A DNA stretch of 12,251 nt from assembly GCA_965649115.1 (NCBI GenBank), contig CBFGJN010000057.1:1-12251 (forward strand), given 5' to 3'. Below the pieces are notes generated by a model, which saw only the letters and a list, made by a program, of their open reading frames with translations, searched no databases and was not told the DNA's origin. The stretch comes from a candidate division WOR-3 bacterium. Lineage in GTDB: Bacteria > Hydrothermota > Hydrothermia > LBFQ01 > DSFT01. Positions 6,485-12,251 of this stretch are shown piece by piece (the stretch's first letter is position 1; every line of letters begins with the position of its first letter). Position numbers and translations under genes: made by a program.

Positions 6485-7799
6485 ACTTTTTGATATAGCA
6501 GAACAAATCATAAGAATTTCTAAATTTTCAACAGATGTTATCATTTTCTATAATGAATATCTTTTTCAAAGATTTGCAAACTCATTTATCCATCAAAGTA
6601 CTTTTGAAGAAAATTTAATAATTTCAGTTAGAATAAAATCTGAAAACAGGTACGCAATTTTTTATATAAATAATTTTGATATTGAGAAAATAAAATTGCT
6701 TTTAAAAACATCTGAAAATTCAATGATTGAAAGTGAATTTTTGTTTCCATTAGAAAAGAAAGAAATTCCAAAATATGAATTTGCTTTTGATAATTTTGAA
6801 ATAAATCCTGATGAAAGTTCAAGGATTATTAAAGATATTATAAGAATTGGCGGAGATTATAAGGCATTTGGTAATTTTTATAGAGGTTTTCAACATATTG
6901 CTATGTTAAGTTCAGATGGTTTTGAGGCATATAATAAATGCTCAATAAATCATTTAACAATAAATTACATCAATTCAAATAGCTTCTGGTCTCAATATAG
7001 TAGTTATAAATTTAATGATATTCTTGAAAACTACGAGAAAATTGCCAAAAATTGTTTAAATATGGCAATTTTAAATGAAAATCCAATTGAAATAAAGGAA
7101 GGAAAATATGATGTTATTCTTTCAAGTTTAGCTTTAAGTGAAATTATTGATTATCTTAATTATTTTGCTCTTTCTTCAAAAAATTATTATGAAGGCACAA
7201 GTCCTTTTAGTGGTAAATTAAATGAAAAAATTTTTTCTGAAAAAATGAATTTATATGAAGAACCTTATAATTTATTGTTATTTCCAAGAGGATTTGATTT
7301 TGAAGGGAATATTAAGAAAGAAATTCCAATAATAGAAAATGGAGTTTTAAAAAACATAGCTCTTAATAACAAGTACTCCAAACTTCTCAATTTAGAAAAC
7401 AATGCATCTTCTAATGTCCCTTTTCAAGATTATCCTTTCTTCCTTCATCTTCATCTTAAAGGGGGTAATAAGAGTTTAGAAGATATAATAAAAGAAACGG
7501 AAAGAGGAATTTTTGTAAATAGAATTTGGTATTTAAACTTAGTTGAACCAATGAGTTTTACATTAACAGGAATGACAAGAGATGGTTTGTTTTTAATAGA
7601 AAATGGAAAAATTAAATCTGCTATTAAGAATATGAGATTTACCCAAAGTTTTATAGAAGTTTTTAACAGTGTAATTGAAATTTCAAGAGATGAAAAGCTT
7701 ATTATTAATTCTAATTTTTACGAATTTTATCCAAGAGGTTCTTTAATGCCTGATATTAAAGTTTCAAATTTTAATTTTATAAGTAAAACTGATTTTTGA
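6471..7799 (+). CDS. TldD/PmbA-family protein, PmbA/TldE-like (no HExxxH)
   Basis: RFANSFIHQ, GKYDVIL, FDFEG, IIENGVLK, ETERGIFV..IWY, TGMTRDGLFLIENGKI and NMRFTQS motifs. The position where TldD has HExxxH reads LSEIIDYL. Confidence 0.9.
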   Translation: MKSTELFDIAEQIIRISKFSTDVIIFYNEYLFQRFANSFIHQSTFEENLIISVRIKSENRYAIFYINNFDIEKIKLLLKTSENSMIESEFLFPLEKKEIPKYEFAFDNFEINPDESSRIIKDIIRIGGDYKAFGNFYRGFQHIAMLSSDGFEAYNKCSINHLTINYINSNSFWSQYSSYKFNDILENYEKIAKNCLNMAILNENPIEIKEGKYDVILSSLALSEIIDYLNYFALSSKNYYEGTSPFSGKLNEKIFSEKMNLYEEPYNLLLFPRGFDFEGNIKKEIPIIENGVLKNIALNNKYSKLLNLENNASSNVPFQDYPFFLHLHLKGGNKSLEDIIKETERGIFVNRIWYLNLVEPMSFTLTGMTRDGLFLIENGKIKSAIKNMRFTQSFIEVFNSVIEISRDEKLIINSNFYEFYPRGSLMPDIKVSNFNFISKTDF

Positions 7800-8773
7800 A
7801 TATGAGGGAAGATGAAATTTTGAAAAATATATTTAAATTCTATAAGTCAAATCCAAGGATTATATTAGGTCCTGGTGACGATTGTGCCATTATTTCAGAA
7901 ATGGTTAATAAGAACTTACTAATAACTAATGATGCCTTTATTGAGAATATCCATTTTAAATATGATTTGCTATCGTTTTATGAAATAGGTTATAAAAGTG
8001 CTACTGCTGTTTTAAGTGATATATGTGCTATGGGAGGCACTCCTATTGCTGTTCTTGTTAGTTTAAATATAAATCAAAAATCAATAAATAAAATTGAAGA
8101 AATATATAAAGGAATTTCTGATGTTTGTGATAAGTTTTGCATTTCAATAGTTGGTGGAAATATAGAAAAGTACGATAGATTAGAATTACATTTAACTGCA
8201 ATTGGTGAAGTAAAAAAAGATAAAGCATTATTAAGAAGTAATGCAAAAATTGGTGATTTAATAGCAATAACAGGAGATATAGGAAGGTCAAGAGGTTATT
8301 TCATTGCTTATGAAAAGCATTTAATAAGTGGTGTTAAATGGTGGATAAATGAAATGCGAGAAAAGTTTGCTCGTCCAATTGTAAGGTTTGAAGAAATAAA
8401 TAAAATTTTAAGCAATATAAATGTAAATGCTTGTATAGATATTTCGGATGGTCTTGGAATAGATGGTTATAGAATGGCTAATTTGAGTGAAGTTCAAATT
8501 GTGATATATGCAAATAAGCTTCCAATTAAAGATTCTGTAAAGTTTCTTGCTAAAAAACTTGAAATTAAAGATTGGTTTATAGCAGTAGAAAGTGGTGAAG
8601 AATATGAGTTATTGTTATCAATACCAAGGGAAGAAGAAGAAAAAATAAAAAAATTAAATTTACCAATTACAATAATTGGAGAAGTTATTGAAGATAAACC
8701 AGGTATTTATATTATTGATGGTGATTTAAAAATTGATATATCAAGGAGAGGATATGATGCCTTTGCTATTTAG
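7796..8773 (+). CDS. thiL: Thiamine-monophosphate kinase
   Basis: GPGDDCA, D.FIENIHF, LSDICAMGG, VGGN, RSNAKIGD, IDISDGL and SGEEYELL motifs. Start is TTG 7796 or ATG 7802. Confidence 0.95.
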   Translation: MNMREDEILKNIFKFYKSNPRIILGPGDDCAIISEMVNKNLLITNDAFIENIHFKYDLLSFYEIGYKSATAVLSDICAMGGTPIAVLVSLNINQKSINKIEEIYKGISDVCDKFCISIVGGNIEKYDRLELHLTAIGEVKKDKALLRSNAKIGDLIAITGDIGRSRGYFIAYEKHLISGVKWWINEMREKFARPIVRFEEINKILSNINVNACIDISDGLGIDGYRMANLSEVQIVIYANKLPIKDSVKFLAKKLEIKDWFIAVESGEEYELLLSIPREEEEKIKKLNLPITIIGEVIEDKPGIYIIDGDLKIDISRRGYDAFAI

Positions 8774-9440
8774 CTATACATTAAATTTAAACGAGAAATT
8801 AGAATATAAAGCAAAATATGGACCAATAAATATAGGAGAAATGTTTCTAAAAGTTGAAGGAATAGAAGTCATTAGAGGTATTCCTTGTTATAAATTGAGA
8901 TTGTTTGCAAAAGGTGGTGCACTTGGTATAAATTTATATGAGGATTTTATATCTTGGGTAGATACGCAAAATTTTAGAACAGTTAAATTTTATAAAAGAC
9001 AAATTGAACCAGGTTGGAATTATGAAGTGACAATAAATTACTATGAAAATTATGCTGAATATGATGAAATTAAAGATGGAAAGAAGGATAAAAAGACTTT
9101 TCAAATACCCAAAAATGCTCTTGATCCAGTTGCATTAATTTATATTGTTAGATTTCTTGATTTAAAAGACACGATTTTATTACCTTATCACATGGATGGT
9201 TTTTCAGGATATGCTAAAATTTTTATTAAAAGAAAAGAAAAATGTAAATGGCTTGGAGTTGAAGAAGATTGCTATGCTATATCACCAATTTTACCTATGG
9301 ATGAAGGAAAGAAAAAAGAGGTTTTTGGTGATAGAGGCGGTGAAATTATTATTTCAAGTTCTAAAAAAATTCCTATTAAAATTAAAGTTAATCTTGTTGT
9401 TGGAAGTATGATTGGATATATTGTGAAAATTTTTCCATAA
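8754..9440 (+). CDS. DUF3108-like protein
   Basis: EKLEY...YG.I..G...L, F.SWVD, LDP..LIY..R and IP.KI.V....GS match the DUF3108 pattern. SD AAGGAG (8743-8748) favours ATG 8754 or 8757 over the TTG at 8733. Confidence 0.7.
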   Translation: MMPLLFSYTLNLNEKLEYKAKYGPINIGEMFLKVEGIEVIRGIPCYKLRLFAKGGALGINLYEDFISWVDTQNFRTVKFYKRQIEPGWNYEVTINYYENYAEYDEIKDGKKDKKTFQIPKNALDPVALIYIVRFLDLKDTILLPYHMDGFSGYAKIFIKRKEKCKWLGVEEDCYAISPILPMDEGKKKEVFGDRGGEIIISSSKKIPIKIKVNLVVGSMIGYIVKIFP

Positions 9441-9975
9441 CAATTTGTCTAACTTTTTCAATTCTCGTTTTTAATGTATTTCTTACAATAAATCCTCTTT
9501 CTTTATCTTCAACAACAATACCAAACTTAACATTTTCATCTTTTATAATTTGAAATTGATTTAAAAATTTTTTTATTATTTCAAAATCTTCTGGATTAAC
9601 ATAAACAACTGGGTTTTGAAAACTATTATTTTTGAAAACTTCATCAACAATTCTTTTTAAATAATTTTCATAAATGCTTTTATCTTTAAACAATTTTATA
9701 ATTTCATCTTCTAAATTTTCAAAGACTTTATTTAAAATTTCATTTTGAATATCTATTAAATGCGAATTAATTTCAAGTTGAACACTACCTATAATTTTCT
9801 GTCTTTGAGAATGAATGTAATTTTTTGCTTTTTTAATATATTCTTCAATAATTGTAGGGATTTTTTCTTTTGCTTTTTCAATGATTTCAGAGGCACCCAA
9901 AAGGGCACCAGATATAATTTCTTCTGCTTCTTTTTTTGCCTTGTTTAGTACAATACTTTCAATGTGTTCTATCAT
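9388..9975 (-). CDS. atpE: V/A-type ATP synthase subunit E (peripheral stalk)
   Basis: N-terminal coiled coil (KAKKEAEEII...A.EIIEKAKE) and C-terminal VYVNPED...GIVV....NTL..RIE; follows subunit K with an ATGA overlap. Confidence 0.88.
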   Translation of the reverse strand: MIEHIESIVLNKAKKEAEEIISGALLGASEIIEKAKEKIPTIIEEYIKKAKNYIHSQRQKIIGSVQLEINSHLIDIQNEILNKVFENLEDEIIKLFKDKSIYENYLKRIVDEVFKNNSFQNPVVYVNPEDFEIIKKFLNQFQIIKDENVKFGIVVEDKERGFIVRNTLKTRIEKVRQIVMEKFSQYIQSYFQQQD

Positions 9976-10280
9976 TGCGTCATTATCAAGAACATTACAA
10001 CGAAACCAAATATAATAATAGTTTCAGGAATTACGAAAAGTGTAAGAACAGTACCAAGCATGCTTCTGTCTTCTGATATTGCACCTACACCAGCAGCTCC
10101 AATTCTGCTTTGTGCTATACCAGTTCCTATACCTGTCAAACCAATAGCAAGACCCATACCTATATATTTCCCAGCTTTTGCTATGTCAGAAGATGTTGAA
10201 GGTTCAGCAGCAAAAGCTAAACTTACAAACATCAAAATGCCAATTATAGCAAGCGCAAATCCCAAAATTTTACGAAACAT
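9972..10280 (-). CDS. atpK: V/A-type ATP synthase proteolipid subunit K (c/L), single hairpin with N-terminal signal-like segment
   Basis: GMGLAIGL.GIGTGIAQSRIGAAGVGAISEDRS...IPETIIIFG with the conserved Glu; SD AAGGAGG (10295..10289). Confidence 0.95.
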   Translation of the reverse strand: MFRKILGFALAIIGILMFVSLAFAAEPSTSSDIAKAGKYIGMGLAIGLTGIGTGIAQSRIGAAGVGAISEDRSMLGTVLTLFVIPETIIIFGFVVMFLIMTQ

Positions 10281-12060
10281 AGTTTAGCCCTCCTTTTTTC
10301 AAAGGTTTAAATACCCTTTCTCCGGTTTTGTAAAATTGAATGAAGAACTCAACAATTTGAAGACGCATACCTTGAATTGTTGGATCTAAAAATCCAAGTA
10401 AAAATGCCAAAAGATGGAAAATTAAAGCAGTTATAATAGCAAAAATCAAACTTGGTATCATTGAAAAGAACATATTACCCATTTCTGCTAAAACCGCTGA
10501 TGCTAATGCTACTGCTGCTAATCTTGCAAAACTTAAAATTTGTCCTGTTGTTGAAATTAGCTCAATTGGTGCAATAAATCCATGTGTTAATATAACACCA
10601 ATAATTGATATAACAATTAGAGAAATTGAGATATAAAGAAAAATGCTAATTTGAATAACTTTTAAGAAATAAAGACCTAAAATAATAAAGCCAATTACCC
10701 CAATTAGTCTGAATATTTCATAAAATGCTAAATGTTTATCTTTTAATTTTAAATTATTAAAGATACCAAATAAAATACCAAGAATAACTTGAATAATTCC
10801 AAGGATTATTGAAATACCAATTATTAAACTTGCTGAATGAAGTCTATGAATAATAGGCTTTAATATACCAAGTTTATAAAATAACTCACCAAAAGCTTCT
10901 CCATATAAAAATCCAAAAAATATAGCCCAAGTTAATGCCCACAAATAAATTGTTGTTAAATCTTTAATAATTTCATTTTTTGAAAATTTAGCTCTAAAAA
11001 ATAAAACAATTATTAACATTATTAAGGCATAACCAATATCACCAAGCATCATTCCAAAATAAGGTGGGAAAAATAACCATAAGAAAAATGTTGGGTCAAT
11101 TGTTCCATATTTTGGATAACCATAAAAATCTAAAACTCTTCTAAATGGCTTTGAGAAATTCATCGTTTTGATAAGTGTTGGCACCTTGTCGTACTCAAAA
11201 ATGCTTGGTTCTTCAAACTTAATGAAGTAATAACCTTCAAAATTTTTTAGGGCACTTAATAATTTTTCTTTTTGTGATTTCTCAACCCACCCTTTAATAA
11301 AGAAAACATAATTTGAAAATGAAGCATATTTTCTTAATATATTTAAATTTTCAAACTTTTCAAGAACCGAAAGTTTTACATTTGAAAATTCATTTAAAAT
11401 TTTTTCTTTAGATGATTTAATTTCATTATCAATATTGCTAATCTCATTTTTTAAAATTGATATGTCAATTGAAATTTTTTCAAATGCTTGGCTTAGTGTT
11501 AAATTTTTATATTCGTTTGGTAAAATAAATTCATTAAAACCCTCTTTATATATTAAATCTCTAACTTCTTCATAAATCAAAATTGCAAATCTATCTTCCC
11601 TTATTTTAACAATTTGAAATTTTTTTAAGTTAAGTTTTTTAAATGTTTCTAAATCCTTCTTTATAGCAATAATAATTAAATTGGGTGTAGGGAAATTATA
11701 AATTTTTGAAATTGTTAAATAGTAATCATTTAACAAGTTTAATTTTGATATTTTTTCTTCTTTCTTATAAATTAAGTTTTTTACATTTTTTAAAATTCCT
11801 TCAAGCCAATCTATTGTTTTTTCATTAACATCAACAAAATTATTACCAACAGGAAAAGGACCAATCAAATGTTCAATATCTGAAATTAAATTTCTTGCTT
11901 TTTTATATATATCTTCGTTTTCTATGGTCATTTCGGGACTTTTATACTTTTGAGGATATTCATCAATATGAACAATTCCAAGTTCCTTTATTACATTTAA
12001 AATATCAAAAAACTTTTCTTTATCTCCCACCAATTCAAATTTTAGGAGTGGTTTAATCAT
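10270..12060 (-). CDS. atpI: V/A-type ATP synthase subunit I (a)
   Basis: IKGWV, VPTL, YG.PKY.TIDPT, FGMMLGDIGYA, FGFLYGE.FG, ILSFARL (essential Arg) and RLQIVEFF..FY.TG...F.P motifs. Confidence 0.96.
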   Translation of the reverse strand: MIKPLLKFELVGDKEKFFDILNVIKELGIVHIDEYPQKYKSPEMTIENEDIYKKARNLISDIEHLIGPFPVGNNFVDVNEKTIDWLEGILKNVKNLIYKKEEKISKLNLLNDYYLTISKIYNFPTPNLIIIAIKKDLETFKKLNLKKFQIVKIREDRFAILIYEEVRDLIYKEGFNEFILPNEYKNLTLSQAFEKISIDISILKNEISNIDNEIKSSKEKILNEFSNVKLSVLEKFENLNILRKYASFSNYVFFIKGWVEKSQKEKLLSALKNFEGYYFIKFEEPSIFEYDKVPTLIKTMNFSKPFRRVLDFYGYPKYGTIDPTFFLWLFFPPYFGMMLGDIGYALIMLIIVLFFRAKFSKNEIIKDLTTIYLWALTWAIFFGFLYGEAFGELFYKLGILKPIIHRLHSASLIIGISIILGIIQVILGILFGIFNNLKLKDKHLAFYEIFRLIGVIGFIILGLYFLKVIQISIFLYISISLIVISIIGVILTHGFIAPIELISTTGQILSFARLAAVALASAVLAEMGNMFFSMIPSLIFAIITALIFHLLAFLLGFLDPTIQGMRLQIVEFFIQFYKTGERVFKPLKKGGLNYVS

Positions 12061-12100
12061 AAAGAAAGAAAATTTTAAAGTTCAAAAATTTAAGTTATTT

Positions 12101-12248
12101 GCCTTGTCTAGTAATTCTAAAATCATTTATTTTACTATATTTTTCCCACCCACCCTATGAATAAGCCTTCGGCTTTAAACTTCGCCCCCCTTAAATCCCC
12201 CGTAAAATCTATAATTTGAGCAACTTAACATGATTTATTGGACAAAGC
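12101..12248. mobile_element. MITE-like repeat, copy D (148 bp, both terminal inverted repeats intact)
   Basis: Left GCCTTGTCTAGTAA (12101-12114); right TTATTGGACAAAGC (12235-12248, reverse complement GCTTTGTCCAATAA). Core CCCACCCACCC, hairpin AAGCC-TTC-GGCTT (12163-12175), CTTCGCCCCCCTTAAATCCCCC. Confidence 0.78.
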
Positions 12249-12251
12249 ATA

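Noticed and set aside
7740..7802. TPP riboswitch upstream of thiL
   Set aside because: thiL overlaps the upstream stop, so there is no leader region, and no CTGAGA-type TPP motif is present.
8733..8753. TTG 8733 as the start of the DUF3108-like gene
   Set aside because: The SD lies downstream of it and is correctly spaced for ATG 8754 or 8757.
1276..9948. Short ORFs 1276-1467, 2260-2526, 3224-3424, 5093-5362, 6273-6506, 6628-6822, 8058-8291, 9196-9411 and 9760-9948
   Set aside because: All lie antisense to, or out of frame within, well-supported genes and have the F/L/I/Y-rich or otherwise atypical composition of shadow frames.
9964..10287. 107-aa + strand ORF
   Set aside because: Antisense shadow of the clearly identified subunit K gene.
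396..12248. Repeat copies read as a CRISPR array or integron attC sites
   Set aside because: Copies are dispersed, vary in length and are separated by housekeeping genes. There is no repeat-spacer periodicity, no cas or integrase gene, and no RYYYAAC/GTTRRRY ends.

Overview
This is a very AT-rich, gene-dense bacterial window. It is probably from a diderm (kdsB present), and its Lys/Glu/Ile-rich proteins suggest a thermophile (inference). Genes in order: 5' part of a PrkA/YeaG-type AAA+ kinase (absent from the ORF track), DUF4388-like protein, tsaE, folK, TPR protein, yebC, DMT/EamA transporter, then a + strand operon (Tat-signal PqqD/RRE-like protein, kdsB, CoA-binding protein, orphan, TldE/PmbA-like protein, thiL, DUF3108-like protein) converging on a partial V/A-type ATP synthase operon (subunits I, K, E). 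Three observations stand out. (1) Every intergenic gap longer than about 100 bp carries a copy of one non-coding element family (5 copies, 60-148 bp). It has ~14-bp terminal inverted repeats (GCYTTGTCYARTAA), a C-tract/G-tract core and triloop hairpins with preserved pairing, so it looks like a MITE. (2) A stand-alone RiPP-recognition-element-like (PqqD) protein carries a canonical twin-arginine export signal. (3) Almost all operon-first genes have a TANAAT box 6-11 nt before the start codon and no Shine-Dalgarno, which suggests leaderless translation. All assignments come from reading motifs by eye; no searches were run.
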